Below are positions 1 to 13,920 of a stretch of 64,000 nucleotides of DNA, piece after piece. The notes beneath the pieces were generated by a model that worked only from the letters and a program-made list of their open reading frames with translations, made no database searches and had not been told where the DNA came from. This DNA is from Callorhinchus milii (lineage: Eukaryota), in NCBI RefSeq assembly GCF_018977255.1, contig NW_024704765.1:4092001-4156000 (forward strand). Reading direction: 5' to 3'. The stretch's first letter is position 1. Each line of letters begins with the position of its first letter. Made by a program: the position numbers and the translations under genes.

Positions 1-378
1 CCACAAATGTACTACAAAAAACATGTTTTACCAGAAAAAGAATTTAATTATGTTTAAATGTGCTGAAATGGCAAAGTTCTTTGGGTGTTCCCCTGTGGAC
101 AGTTATTAAGTGATTGCAACATTCTGCTGCAAAGCTGTGCTTCCACAGAATTGCATGTTTTTGCTTTTGAGACAGAAACAGGCAATGGATGGGCTGAACC
201 AGTGATCCTCATTATGAAGTTATCAAGTTAGCTTCAAAAAGGTCTTAGAGTTTATTGTACAAAAGGCAATCCATTGTCAGTCTCAACTCTTCCCAAAGTG
301 TGCTGATTGTCCTGTAACATTATTTATTGTTTTTTCTTAAAAGAACTTTAAAAACTGACCCTCAGTTTTTGTTTACAG

Positions 379-3300
379 TGCGGAAGGTAAGGAAGTTTTG
401 GGATGGAGTGAAAGTGGTGGTGGTGGGCTTAGCTGGCTCAACAGTGGTGCTGCCTTGTGAAAATCGCAACCACATCTGGACTGAGAGACACAGCGAGGAA
501 GAGCAACAGGTGGTCCATTGGGACAGATCACCTCCTGGAGTCTGGCATGATCAAGCTGACCGGCTGATAGACCTCTATGCCTCTGGAGAACAGCGATCGT
601 ATGGCCCACTCTTTATAAGGAAGAGGATGAATATATCGGAAACAGCCTTCGCCGATGGAGACTTTTCACTGATCATTTCTAATCTTCGCCCAGGTGATGA
701 AGGACTCTATTCATGTGATCTGCACCACCATTACTGCGGGATTCACGAGAGACGGATCTTCAATCTCTTCATCACAGAGCCAGTTAAAGTGAACTTTACA
801 ATCAAGACAAGTAAGAGAAATCTTTTTATACATCAAATCTATGATCAGGTTCATGTGATATGATCTTATCATCAATAAGGCACTATATTGAGCAGTAGGA
901 ATAGAATAGTAACGCCATTTCTGTTGTACATATGGTCTCAGTGAGCCGTGAATGTCCCTGACAGTTGCTGTTTGAGGATGTAGTGCACACGCACCAACAT
1001 TTCACTGAGTACAAGGTACTGTAGTTCTAAAGATAACACAGGATTCTTTCTCGTTGGCCCCTAGGAGATAAAAGAGCAGGAATGGGATGTGACCACAACT
1101 CACATATTCCATCCATGATACATCTCCAAGCTCAAATGCAAGAGTCAGCAAATAGAAATAACAGAAATAACATTGCTGTTCCTCATGGTGTTTCAACTAC
1201 AACAACAAAAACAAATTGCATTTATATAGCGCCTTTCAAGTTGGGAGGATGACCTAAGGCACTGGACAGAGAAGAGTTTGCACCTGAGCTGGGGGTTCGA
1301 ATCGAGATGGGGTGGAGGGGAAGGGGGTGGGGTGGGAAGATGACTGAAGGCATGGTCAAAGAGGAAGGTCTTGATGAAGGAGGCAAGGGAGGGAAGAGGC
1401 ATTAGGATTCAAATGGAATAGGCAGCATATCTAATCAGAAGTATTCATTCTTTTCCATTAAGAACCAATTATCCAAAGTTTGAGATTCTAAGAGCTATGC
1501 AGTCTGTGTAAGTCTGTGTTCTGCTTACACAGCATTTCTGCCACTGGCACTGGTAAGATCTAGCACTTGTAAGCATGGGTTCAGACTCACAGTATGTTGC
1601 AAGTATCAGACAGATTGCAATGGGACGTGACACAACTGAGAATGAATGCATCTGTGTACAGGTTCAAGATGTTGCGCCAAGAACTAAAAAAGCCAGACAC
1701 AATTACACAATCCTTTCAGGTGTAGTTAATAAAGTTGGCATACAACAAACTGCACAATACAGCAGAAATATTTACAATGCTAACACCTAACAACACAGAG
1801 CCAGCAGGGTCTTACATGAAACAGCCTGCTATTCTCATTCCAAATCCAAGTGTGGAACTTCACTAAACACTGAATGTATTTGAAATTCTTTAAAACAATG
1901 CACCATTAGCTACTAAAGACTTTGTTGCTAAATGGGGATTAGCAATGATATGAGATCATGCCAGCACATATGGTGACCTGGTGGTACAATGTGTTAACAA
2001 ATGGCTTCTTATTCATAATTACCAACAGCGAGTCTCCCCACACACAGTGAGTCTCAAAAAATGAAAAAAATAGAGAGTGAGTTAATCATGAAGGGAGATT
2101 TGAGAGTACAATAGATAGAGGGATGGAAAGATAGGCTTTGTTATATGGTTAATCTGGGAGAGCATGGGAGCTAGAAGGTGACATAATGCCACTGTATATG
2201 ATAATTCTTGCATTTGATATAGAATGGGTAAGACAAAACAAGTTGAAACACTTTCAATTGAAGAAATTTATCATAGAAACTTACAAAAAGGGAAAAGTAA
2301 TGATTCTGCTTAGTATATTTCAAGGCTCTGAGTCTTTATCCTACATGTAGGGTTAGAGTTGGAGTAGGGCGCTATATAAATGGAAGTTGTCTAAGTGAGG
2401 GAATATTAAAGTCTGATTCTCTCTCAAATAGACCAATACAACAGAACAAAAATAAAACATACTGCAGCTGGTTACCACCATTAGAGTTGGCCATCTTCCA
2501 TTTTGTTTGAAAACCCGGTAGAGTACACCCCTCTCTTCTTCCCAACAAACATCCAGTCGTATTAAAGAAATGACTCAGGAAATTCAGGTTAAATATGATG
2601 TTTGTGTCCTGATTTAATGTAAGCAAAATAAAAAGAGCATATATAACATTATTATTAAAAAGAGCAGCATCAAAGCTCTCTCACATATCAAAGAGATGTT
2701 TCTGCTCAAGTGAAACTCTGTTAATGTATTCCAGCCAACCACTAATTGGTACACACTCAGTGGGGGATAGCGTTCTGCTGGCCAACAACATAAAACTTGA
2801 GCTTATCATCTCTTCATTTTGTCCCTTTCTTTCTTTTTTCTTCGTCGCCTCATTACTCTTCCATTACCAACACCTTTTAGGAATGCTCTTCCTGACAGAG
2901 GTGTTTTGAAGCCCAGCTGTTTTACGAGAATATGTTCCAAAAAGTTTCAAAAGTTTCTCAAGGGTGAAATACATCCTGTACAACAGCATATGGGAACCAT
3001 ATGGAACTGGCAGCCTCCCATCAGCTCAGAGGATTTTTTGGGGAAGAAAAACAAATGAGAGCCAGCCAAGAAAGTGACAAAACTGAAAGAACGAGCATTC
3101 TGATTTGTAAAGGGAGATGTTCTGCGATGTAAATTCTCAGTGTTTATCTTTAAGCAAAAGAAACATGTCGAAAAACAAGCTGAATTCCCAGCATTACTGT
3201 ACATGACTGTAGATGATAAAACTTCCTTGATCTGTGTTGATTTTGGTTCTAATCCACCGAATTGAAAAATGATAATAATCCTTTCATAACGGCGCCTTAT

Positions 3301-6300
3301 CATGTTATCGAGACCTCTCAAAGCACTTTCCAGGGTATATTGTAAAGTGTAATGACTGTGTGTTTTCTGGGTGATTGAAGAATTTGAGGCCTTACTCACA
3401 CAGACATGAACTGGTAGAGCTCAACATGAGGCTACCAGACTATTGGTTTGCCTAGTGAATAGATGAATTGTCCACTAAAGTCTACAATTACCGTGTTGTT
3501 GTACCTGTTGCATAAGGAAATAGCCAACTTTGCACATTAGGAATAGAAAGCTTTAAAGAAACACAGCAATATTTCAGTTAATACTCAAGATATTTGATAG
3601 TACATAGCTGAGGCTGGGGATTTTATTCAGGATTCATACAAATTCTGAATAAAATAGGTGTGTTTGATTCATCTTTGTTTTGTGAACTAAATCTTTCCTG
3701 ACGATAAACACAGTGGCATGAAAACAGAGTTGACATTGGAGGCTGTTTCAGCAACCATACCTGTCCGAATATTCGCCAACGCAGCAAGACTCCCCATTTA
3801 CTCTTGCCTCTTAGGCTTGGCACTCACGAAGCATAGTTTAACGCTAAACCAATTCAACGCAGTAATCTTGAATCTGGCTAAAAATAAATAAATCGCCTTC
3901 CTTTCTTAAGCCATGCAGGACTTTGGATCACTCAGTTCTGTGAAAATGCTGCATTTGGAAGTGCCAGACTTTACAGACAGATTAAATCTGCAACAGCCTC
4001 AAGGAAAGGGCCAAGTGAGGCAGAGCAGCAATGTTTATCTTGGATCTTGCAGATCCGTTTGAAAGCCATCAAAAATATGTCGCACAAAATCTCCCTGGTT
4101 TTGAATACATTTAATCTTGCAGAAAAGTAACAGGGTCACTTACATTCCTGGAGCTAAAGAAAAAGATTTGTGTTTTGCTGACTGAATGCAAATTTGAACA
4201 GTATGCTTTAATGCAATTAGAGAAACAGACCTCTTGATAGCTGCACCACATGCACACATTTCTGGGCAGTGTAAGATGTGCTGTATTTATTTAGTGGACT
4301 ATATTGTAACAGACTGAGGAGGAGCTCTGGATAATATGCTCAATGATGTGCTGACGTTATTGTTTGGCCTTCAATGTAATATTTCTGAATTAGTTTCTCA
4401 TCAATATTGGAAAGATTATCTAAAGGTTTGTGCTGTGCCAGATCTGTCATCTGTTGAGGCCTAAACATCCAGCCATTGTCAAAATGTCAGGATGGGAGTG
4501 GCCTTTTCAGAGCACATTACTCCAGGAACATTACTCCCTCTGGATATTGAGCAACTTTACATAGTTTGTGACTTAAGACGTAGAGTCAATAACAACTTTC
4601 AACTTCAAAAGGGAATTAGATAGGTACTTCAAAAGGAAAAAAATTGCAAGAATATGGGGAAAGAGCGGGGGTGTGGGACTGATTGGGTAGCTCTTCCAAA
4701 GAGCCGGCATAGGCACGATGGGCCAAATGGCCTCCTTCTGTACTGTAATGTTCTATGATTCTGTTTAAGGAAATGAAGGTCTGTAAAATGATTCATTGTT
4801 CAGGCAGCTGAGGTAGAGTTAGATGCTGACAGTGCCCCCAGCAGTCACAGAAACAGTGTCTACAACACGAAGATTCATTTTACATCAAGTTAAGTACTCA
4901 AACCTTTGTTAGCATTTGCCTCTTTATATAAAAAATTGCAATATCATGGCTATTTTTTAAGAACTGTTACTAGCATTTTCAGCATGAAGCGTTGATAAGG
5001 CTTTTGTTGTACAATAAGAGAAGGAAGGTACAGCAACACCCCATTTGAACTGTCTATTTTGGCAAAGGTCACAGCTAACCATGAGACATCCAAGTGCTAC
5101 ACCGGCTGCAGACAGCTCAGAGAGAGCCAACAAGTCACTGAGAGATAGTTATTGAATGTAGGCTGGAGATAAGATTAGATACTTTAAAATGTACCTTTGG
5201 ATTCTGAAATTATATTGAGTAACATAAATATTGGGTAATAGTACTGCATCCAGGAGCTCCCAGGTGTTTTCAATTCCTGTTATGCTACTTTCTTATGTGT
5301 TTGATTGTACCATCCACAGCTAAGAAGCCAAATAAGTGCACCTGTGAAATGCATCAAGAGTAGTCGGAGGTTGACCCACTTACTAACTTATCCAATTTGC
5401 CTTTCATTGTGGGGAAAGTGCCTTGTTCAGCTAGCCACCTGACTGATGACTCAATTGAAGTGGACAGCTCAGAGTTTGGAGAAATCGCACATGAAGCGGA
5501 TCTAATCACTATACAGTGTTGGCATACCTTCCCAGCTTCCTTGTTTCCTACAGAAGTGCATTACTGTGAAGGAGAGAACATAATGGTATGAGGATACCCC
5601 ATAAGGGTTGGTGCGGAGTTCAGATGCTGAGTAAATGACCCACATTGAACCTCATGCTAAAAATGGGCAGACAGATGTTATCCCATCACTCCCCAATCCT
5701 TACTTCCAATATGGAGATTAATAAATACAGAGTAGAATCAATGTGCCATTTCTGATTTCCAGAAAGATTCTATAAACATTAACGGACACGGTTTATAAAG
5801 TATTGGAAGAAAATGTAAGTTAGGAGGCAACTTTAAACAATGTTAAAAAATTGACCTTTCAAGATATAACTGGAGTTAATCCATAATTGCCTTGAATTTG
5901 ATCAATGGTTCAGTTGGTGGTGTTTAAAAACATTTTGGCTCCAATCCGGTAACTTTGATTGTAAATTTTGAGACAACTGTAACCATTTATTTCTTTATCA
6001 TGTAGTGTCTACAGTGGTGGAAGTTCCCAAAGTTATCAACGTTTTTATTCCGGAGCAACCTTCACATTTTCTTCATCAGCTGGGATATGTCTTGGCCACA
6101 ATCCTCCTCCTGGCCATCCTGATAACCATTATCGCATTGGTCACCCGCAGACGGAAAAAGAGAGGTGAGTCTGCGTATTTATTGATTTATTCTGTGAGTC
6201 ACCTTGAATGTGTCCTACCATGTCCTTGTAATCTGTTCCAGTCTTTTAGTATCCTTTGGGTAAAGAAATACCTCTGGTGTCTGTCCTAAAATTGTCCTTT

Positions 6301-9300
6301 GCTACCCTAAACCTTTAAGCGCTGGCGGATGCTACTCTGGGTGAAGAGAGCTGTATAAATGCAAGTTGTTGTTAGAAACTTTGTCCTTTGTCCTTTTATT
6401 TTGTTATCTTGGCACCCTCCCAAATTATTATTCTCGTCTATGTTCTTTTCTTTGTTGTTCTTTGTCTATATGGAGCTCTTCAGTCTTGAAAGGAAATACA
6501 ATACAAGCATCTAATATAGTGCCTTTCAAATTGGGAAGGATGTACCAATGTGTTTAATGTTTCAGAGGGGACCTTATAGAGGAATATATGATTTTAGATG
6601 AGGCTGAGAAAGTAAACTCAGAACAAGATTTTTGGTCCTGCTATTTAGTTGCCAAACACTGCTGACATGTACACTCCTTTGTTTTTTGGCTCACTGCTGT
6701 GTACTTTTCTTTCAGGTCTTCAATATAATGTGAAGAAATCCCAACCGTAAGTATTGCTTGCACACTCTGTCTCTGCTGACTGAGCACTCACTAATGCTTT
6801 GGAAAGTCAATGACCAAATTGTATTGCATGATAATGACCTGGTAGCACAGCATTCAACCACAGCACTAAGCTCTGCAGAGGGACATATATAGGATCTATC
6901 AGCATTCTATCTTGGTGCAAGAGTTTACACAGAGTATGCAGCCTAATAAACCAAGGCTGTCTCTATCTGATCTGTGACCGAGGGCTGCAACAGACCAGTA
7001 CCCTGTTTTTTCAGCTAGAAGTAGTTTTAAATCTAGCCCAGTCCCCAAACAGAAGCCCTGGATGGATGTTGGTGTCTTCACTCTTCAGATTCTCAGTCGC
7101 CTGTGCTTTAATCCTCTCAATCCTAATATCAGCAAAATCTAAGATTTGAATAAATAAATTGTTTAAAAAAAAGGCTGGATGATACTATCAGTTAAAATGC
7201 TTCCTTTCATCTGCGGGATCAGGTTTGCATCCAGCCTAGGCTGCTGGGATCAAAACTCCACATTCCTCACATTTCTGTAGATTAAATTGACCCCTTCAGA
7301 AATCACCTGCCAGTTTAATTTAACATTGCTCCTTGTGAAGTAATTTAGTACATTGTTGTAGATTATAGTAGGGCTGAGCCTTCAGATCCTACATTCCTAA
7401 CCTCTGGAACTCCCTTCCTCTAACCTGCATCTCAGCCCCTCTATTTAAAGTCCCACCTCAAAACCTACCTCTTCAAAGCACCTAGGGAAAATGCTGAGAC
7501 ATTACCCTATGTGAAGGGTACTATACAAATGGAAGTTGTTGTTGATAAAAATTTTGAAAGAAAGCAGCAGTAAATGAGCATGAATAATGTTTATCAGGCT
7601 TCTCATTGACTCTGAACTCTTCCCCCCCCCCACCCATCAGCAGAATAGAGGTGAACCTCAATGACTTTGTGCTCGATACAACTGACATCAAACCAAACAA
7701 AAATGATGATATAAAGTTGGGTACATGCGATATTGGTAAGCTTTCCTGATTTGTTTTGCCCATTTACTCTTTTCTGAATATCTCAAAGGTCCTAACTCAA
7801 GCTGGGCTACAGTTGCACAGAACCTGGTGCCCTCTGGTGCCTTACCCAAGTGACAGTTCTGCAGATGAGACTAGATGTTTAATATCAGTAGCTTATTTAT
7901 TAAACTGTGGTTAGACAAACTTGATCCTGCCCTTACACATCCACACGCATGCACTTTCGTGCACCGGCTATCAGGGAGCAATTAGGAGTACCAGCTCCAC
8001 CAATGTGACCACTGCTCACTCCGGTCAGCAAGCACCGGCATGCATTATTTCCCCAGCAGATCCATCCTACCATCACTGAGTGAGCTCTCACCCATCCTGT
8101 AATTGTTATTGTTGTATTTTAAGAATAGAAGGTTTGGGGGAGAAGAGATCTGTGTGAAATGTATTATTATTTAATGAGAATTCCTCATTAACAGTTCCCT
8201 CTTTTTTTGGGACATTGCTGTGCGCAATTGGCTGCCGCGTTCGCCCACAAATATACAGTCAATTCACTTTACAGTGTGTTCTGTGAAGCGCTTTGGGATG
8301 TCCTCCCGACGTGAAAAGCGCTATATCAAATGCAAGGATTATTATTATTATTATTACCTCCTTCCTCCCCCACATTCAAAGTGTGCCTTAAGAGCTTTCC
8401 AAACAAACATCCAGCCAGCTTTTCCCTCCTAACCAGATTATTAGAAGATGTTAGATTAGAAGATCAGTCATGATTGAATGGCGGTGCAGGCTCGAAGGGC
8501 CGAATGGCCTACTCCTGCTCCTACATGTTGTTATGTTAACCGGCTCTCCTCAGCTCCCCTCATCTTGTGCTTGTGAAGCACTGTGAGACAATCTCCCAAA
8601 GACACTATAAAAATGTAATTGTTATTGTTGTATTTTAAGAATAGAAGGTTTGGGGGAGAAGAGATCTGTGTGAAATGTATTATTATTTAATGAGAATTCC
8701 TCATTAACAGTTCCCTCTTTTTTTCTTGCAGACTATAAGAACAACATCCTAAAAGAGAAGATTGCATTGTCCAAAGAGAAAGTGGAACTGATCAGAGAGC
8801 TTCCACCGAAGAACATAGATAAAGGTACCCAAACTACAGATGAGTTTTAATCCTTTAAAATTTCCATTTCACCTAATCAATTAATTTTTTTCCTGATGAC
8901 ATCTATCTATCTGGCTTTCACCGGGCCAATGGGGAAACATATCTTCCCTGAGCCTCACACCTAGCAGCATAGAAAAATGGATGAGTATCAGTTTGCCTGA
9001 GACAGTAAGCAGATTTAATGATTACCACTGCTGGCTGTAAAAAGTCGAAATGTGTTCCCTTTTCCAATACAATTACAAAAGTGAGCAAGAATTGTTTATA
9101 ACATTCCTTCCTTCTTGACATTGATTCCCTCCCTCCCCACGTTAGCCCCAAGGCTCAATGTCCGACTACTCCTTCCGACACATTATCTTACATGTAAGGC
9201 GCTGTATAGCTGCAGACTCTTGTTGATTTGAAAATATTATGAGGCCGTGAGACCCATTTGGAGAATAGAGATGGAAATAGTGTAGGTATGTAACAGCATT

Positions 9301-9635
9301 GATAACCATGGCAAACTATGGTTTAACTTAGGAGACAGCAGAAGCAGAGGTGACTGACAGTTTACAACTGATGAAGCATTAGGGATGGACTGGTTAACAT
9401 TGACATCACTGGCTTCAAGTTAGCTTGGAGAGAAACTGGCAAAGAGGCAGAACAAGTTGTCACTGATAGGCACTGATTAATGCAAAAATAACGTATTGCT
9501 AAATGATATCTACAGTATTTTGCAGTTGGTTTAAGGATGGGTATGGTATGAATTCCAACGAGGAGAGACTTTGTTTGTATACTAATCTGTTGTTTTGTCT
9601 TTTCCCCAGATTTTGAGAAGAAATATTGGAAATAA
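379..9635 (+). CDS. MXRA8: Matrix remodeling-associated protein 8 (MXRA8/limitrin/DICAM), 5'-partial: second Ig domain, transmembrane helix and cytoplasmic tail
   Basis: Exons 379-810, 6006-6164 (alternative acceptor 6015), 6716-6746, 7641-7720 (or 7735), 8732-8824, 9610-9635 (TAA). All are GT-AG and frame-consistent. Diagnostic peptides: [72 protein letters not shown] (TM), [10 protein letters not shown]-terminus DFEKKYWK*. Lies next to DVL1 as in other vertebrates. Upstream exons are outside the window. Confidence 0.95.
1195..1400 (-). mobile_element. L2 LINE 3' end
   Basis: (CAA)n tail with atttatatagcgcctttca, and ORF-end peptide [11 protein letters not shown]. Confidence 0.75.
4590..4762 (+). 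mobile_element. CR1 LINE 3' end
   Basis: ttcaaaagggaattagataggtactt...gggccaaatggcctccttctgtactgtaatgttctatgattct. Confidence 0.75.
8209..8356 (+). mobile_element. SINE 3' half (short subfamily) in an MXRA8 intron
   Basis: gggacattgctgtgcgcaattggctgccgcg...gtgaaaagcgctatatcaaatgcaagg(att)n. Confidence 0.88.
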
Positions 9636-11294
9636 AGAGTATGAAGCTACTGGCTGGATCCAGAAGCTAATCAGTGAAGGATCAATAAATAATAGAAAGT
9701 CCACTGGCTTATATCAAAATCCTTCAATAATACAGCGCTTAATGAAAAGTATATGTATTAATGTACTATCACAAACATACACAGAGGCTGTTTGGCAAAT
9801 TGTACAGATGTACAATCTTGGGTGATTTTCATTTATCAGCAGTTTTGTTTCATTAGAAAGTTTGACTTGATGAGGGAGGGCACCAATACCAATGTTTTCT
9901 GATATTGATCATCAGAAGGGCAGCAGTGAGCACTCAGCTGTAGACTGAGGATTGTAAATCTGTAGATTGGCATTCGCATGTGCTAGAGGTTTGCAAGTAG
10001 TGCAAGTGATTTTAGCTCCACAAACAAGGGGTTAATGCCTGTTTGCGAGACCATTTCAAAGCGTTTGAATGGAGTGTTATCTGAATTGAAGGAAAAGGTC
10101 ACTCAAATAGTTTGTAAAACCAGAGCTGAAAATACCACCTGTTAGCTAGCAAGAGTCAAATTATTACCCAGCTTTGTTGAAACATTTAAATAACATCAGT
10201 GTCATTAGTTCTGGTCCTCCAGTGCATCTTTCCCTCACTCAGATCCTGCAGCTCCATCAGATCTCCCAGGGCATCTACCTCTCCCTCCCTCACATTCTCC
10301 ACTGTGTGTATGTGGACCACTTACGTGTCTATCCGTCTCTGTGATTTTCCATTGATTCTCTAACCCTTCCTGTGTGATTGTCCACTGTGTCTTATCCAAT
10401 CCTTCACTATGCATGTCCTCTGTCTCTGATCCTTCATTGTTTTCCAACTGCATATCATCCTCACAATGTTCCTCTTCTGAATAAGGTAAATCTTATTCTG
10501 TTTAGAATTAATTTTCTTTGGTTAGAGTTCAAATAACACCTTTTGGAAGTGAAAAATCCTGCTTGATAACCAGTGGGTATTTTAAAATACATCTCCAGCC
10601 CCATGTAAAACATTTCATTACTCCCTGTGTTTTTCCCCAAGAAATTGTGATAATTGTGATGGTTCGACAGAAAGATTCTTAGGATTATCTTAGACAAATT
10701 TGTCAGAAAAGAAAACAGGATTACTGGTGTGCCATAATGCTGAAATTATTGATCTATTTGTAATGCAATTAAAAATGTTGATCCAGTGATAATATAAAAT
10801 ATACTGTGATATTGCTTGAATCAAATCACTTTGCAGTTGTCCAAAAAAGCACTGGATTCAGCAAATTCCTGTCTTATGGTTGAATTTGCTTTGGACAATG
10901 TTGTATCTATGGCCTCATCATAACTGACAAGTCACTGACCCCAAGATCATGTGTCAGGTGTATTGTGTTGCAACAGACACTGGAAAGGCACAGGAAGGGG
11001 CAGGACTATTAGATTGTTATTTACAGTCTGAGCATTATGCATGAGCAAGTGTGATCCTCTTGAACAGCACTGACACATAAACATAGCAGGTGGCATCCAA
11101 GTAACCACTTAGCAGGGCATCACTCACTTTTCATCATAAGTTCAATTTTCTTTTCCTCCACAGGACAACACAAGTTTTCTTATACAAGTGACAGTAAAAT
11201 ATGACATATGATTGAGATTAACGGTTTCGATGTTTCTCCTTTCATTCTATTTTGTCTATCTTATCAAGGGAGCATAATCTTAAAATTAGAGCTA

Positions 11295-11556
11295 GGCCAT
11301 TTAGGGGTGAAATCAGAAGGCAATTTTCACCCAAAGGGTAGTGGAAATCTGGAACTCTCTCCCCGAAAAGGCTGTGGATGCTGGCTCCAATCAAATTTTC
11401 AAGACTGAGGTGAATAAATATTTGTTAGGTATGGGTATCAAGGGATATGGGGCAAGGGCGGGTAATTGGAGTTGAGGTACAGATCATCCATGATCTTATA
11501 GAATGGTGGAAGAGGCTTGAGTGGCTGAATGTCCTACTCCTGTTCCTATGTTCCTA
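11295..11556 (+). mobile_element. CR1 LINE 3' end
   Basis: aagggtagtggaaatctggaactctctcccc...ggctgaatgtcctactcctgttcctatgttcctat. Confidence 0.78.
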
Positions 11557-12796
11557 TCTTATCAATCTACCTTATCTATTTATCCTATCCACCTATACAT
11601 CTATCCAATTATACTGTATCTATTCTATCTAATAAAAGTAATGATAGCAGGTTCCACCAATATCCCCATCGCACGCATAGAAAGTTCATGTTGATCTGCA
11701 GATATTGATCTTGGTATTGGTGCCAACATACACTCTTCTCCATAATCCTATTAGCCGCAGTTATTTTACAGTCAGTGATGTCTATGTAGATCTGTAATGA
11801 GCTAGTATGAGTAGGATAAAGTTCGCTATTATGTCAAATATAGACAGTAAGATGCTTGCGTGGTGGCTTCCAAGATCCAGGTTCAACCAGACCCAAACCT
11901 AAGTCCCCTTCCCCTACTATACGTATGTAGTCATTCAGGATGATTCATCCTATGGTTTTGGCCTGAGGCCACAAACAGTAGTCCAAGAAAGAAGCCTAGG
12001 TTTGGAAAGGAATCCTGAAAGTAAATGCAGTATAATCTCTGCAGACAAGACAGTTTTCCATGTCACCTGAAGCCACATGATTGGGATAACAAGCAGTGCA
12101 GAATATCATAGAAAAAAAATTTGAATATCATTATTCAAATAATGAGGATTGACTGTATTTCGTATCACACGTTTTGAGTACAACATCTCCATCAGGCCAC
12201 TTATTACTTTAGGTAGGTTGACAGTCAAGAAATATAATACTTTTAAATTGTATTTGATCAGACATCAGTCATTAATGTTTAGGGGGCAGGGCTCATCTAT
12301 TGCTCATTTTCACTGCATCAGGTGTTTCTATTTTTATTTTGGGGTGTGCTACGTCAGGAGATTTTTATAATACAATACTTGTGTCTAAAATGTTTTAGGA
12401 GAGCTAATTGTGCTGCTCTCTTTGTTATCAGTAAAACTAATCTATTGTACATTAAGCTGTTAGTTCTGCTTTGCATTCTGGCAGGTGCAATCATCGCTAT
12501 TAGTGCATTCGGGCTGCTGTGTATGATTGCAAGGACTTCTCTGTCCCTGCACCAGAAAATAACCTATGTATTTCTAAAAAACCTCTTTATAGCTAAACGG
12601 AAATGGTGTCTCTTTAAGAAAGCAAGTACCACTTTAAAACTTGGGGAATTAGTGCCTGCTCACCAGCCAATCAAATCACATTATTAGGATAAAGTATCTG
12701 CTAATCTGGAGTGCATTATAGTGTATACAATACGTGTATGCTGGTCTGATACAGTTTTTCAATATGCTCTTATATGAGCCAGTGTTCATGAATTTA

Positions 12797-12802
12797 AATA
12801 AA
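12797..12802 (+). terminator. Candidate polyadenylation signal (AATAAA) for a long MXRA8 3' UTR
   Basis: AATAAA at the end of an AU-rich, repeat-poor stretch (about 12150-12810), followed by a U-rich tract. Earlier AATAAA copies exist, so use of this one is not demonstrated. Confidence 0.3.
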
Positions 12803-13494
12803 ATAACAAGTAAATATCTCCATTTGTCTCCNTTTTTCTTAATAATGAATCAAATACTTCCACTTGTTTGTAGGAAATATTAATTATTATAGTTTGCAGG
12901 TAGATAGATTTCTGCTACAAAATAATATCTTGGGATATAATATAATTTGGGACACAATATGTCAAGCGACTGCCAGGATGGTGGAAGGCGAACGAGATGA
13001 ACTTTGGTCTTCTTTCACCTAGCAAATTATGTTCTTGCACTATCTGAATACAGAATGAGCTGAATGGTATACAGAGTATGTAGTCAGCGCTGTGAACGAC
13101 CCTTGGCCAGGCCTCTGCTAGGGTGTGGGGAAAGTTTTATTACAGTTTCTCCCTGGTAAGTTCTTTCATTGCACCGATAGAACTGCAATTCATTCAAATA
13201 TTTTCTCTCTGGCGGAGACACTGACCTGTACAAAGCCCATCTCACATCAACAAAAGCAGTAGGTGAAAATATTCTTTGGAGGGCCTGAGTGAAACTCAGC
13301 TAAAGGGTCGGTCCCTTTAAGACAGACGAAACCTCCGTGCCAGCATCATAGGAACATATAAAACAGGTACAGGAATAGGTCATTCAGCCCCTTGAGCCTG
13401 TTCTGCCATTCTATTAGATCATGGCTGATTTGTACCTCAACTCCAATGGGATCTACCATCTGCTGATCACCAAAAATAATCATCCTCTTTTAAT

Positions 13495-13739
13495 AATGTA
13501 ATAATAATCCTTGCATTTGATATAGTGCCTTATCACGTCTTCTAAAATTCTCAAAACACTTCCAGAAATACGCTGTAAAGTAAATTAACTTTGTGTTTTG
13601 TGGGTGAAACGCGGTAGCCAATTACGCACAGCAATATCCCACAAACAGTTGTGGATTAAGTGACCAAATTATTATTATTTTTTTGAAGGTCCTCTCACTT
13701 GCGAGGCGAGTGACTCTAACCACTACACTACAGGACTCC
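13495..13739 (-). mobile_element. SINE, internally deleted
   Basis: (AAT)n tail and core joined directly to the tRNA head remnant ctctaaccactacactacaggactcc. Confidence 0.8.
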
Positions 13740-13900
13740 ATTTTCTGAGGTGTAGTTTTCTAACAAAGGTAAATGTTACGGTAAATGAAAAGCTACTACA
13801 GTGCAGTATATGGAAAGATACCGTATCTCGTTAAGCTCACAGTGCTGACCCCTTGTGTCACCTCTGTGCAATGAGAATACAGTACTGGAAAACATTCAAA

Positions 13901-13920
13901 CCACCAGCAGATGGCACTGT
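13901..13920 (+). promoter_or_regulatory. CTCF-like motif between MXRA8 and DVL1
   Basis: ccaccagcagatggcactgt matches the CTCF core CCASYAGRKGGCRS. Motif match only. Confidence 0.45.

Noticed and set aside
4186-4193. Other exact octamer motifs (4186, 29162, 31752, 42282)
   Set aside because: Intronic or inside repeats, and compatible with chance occurrence of an AT-rich 8-mer in 64 kb.
8220-8432. Recurrent ORF peptide [24 protein letters not shown] in several places
   Set aside because: Translation of the SINE core; repeated because the SINE is repeated.
10235-10453. 72-aa acidic ORF on the minus strand in the MXRA8 3' region
   Set aside because: Pyrimidine-rich low-complexity tract with weak internal repetition; no splice or domain support.
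12832-12832. Single N (another at 43031)
   Set aside because: Assembly ambiguity next to homopolymer runs, not biology.
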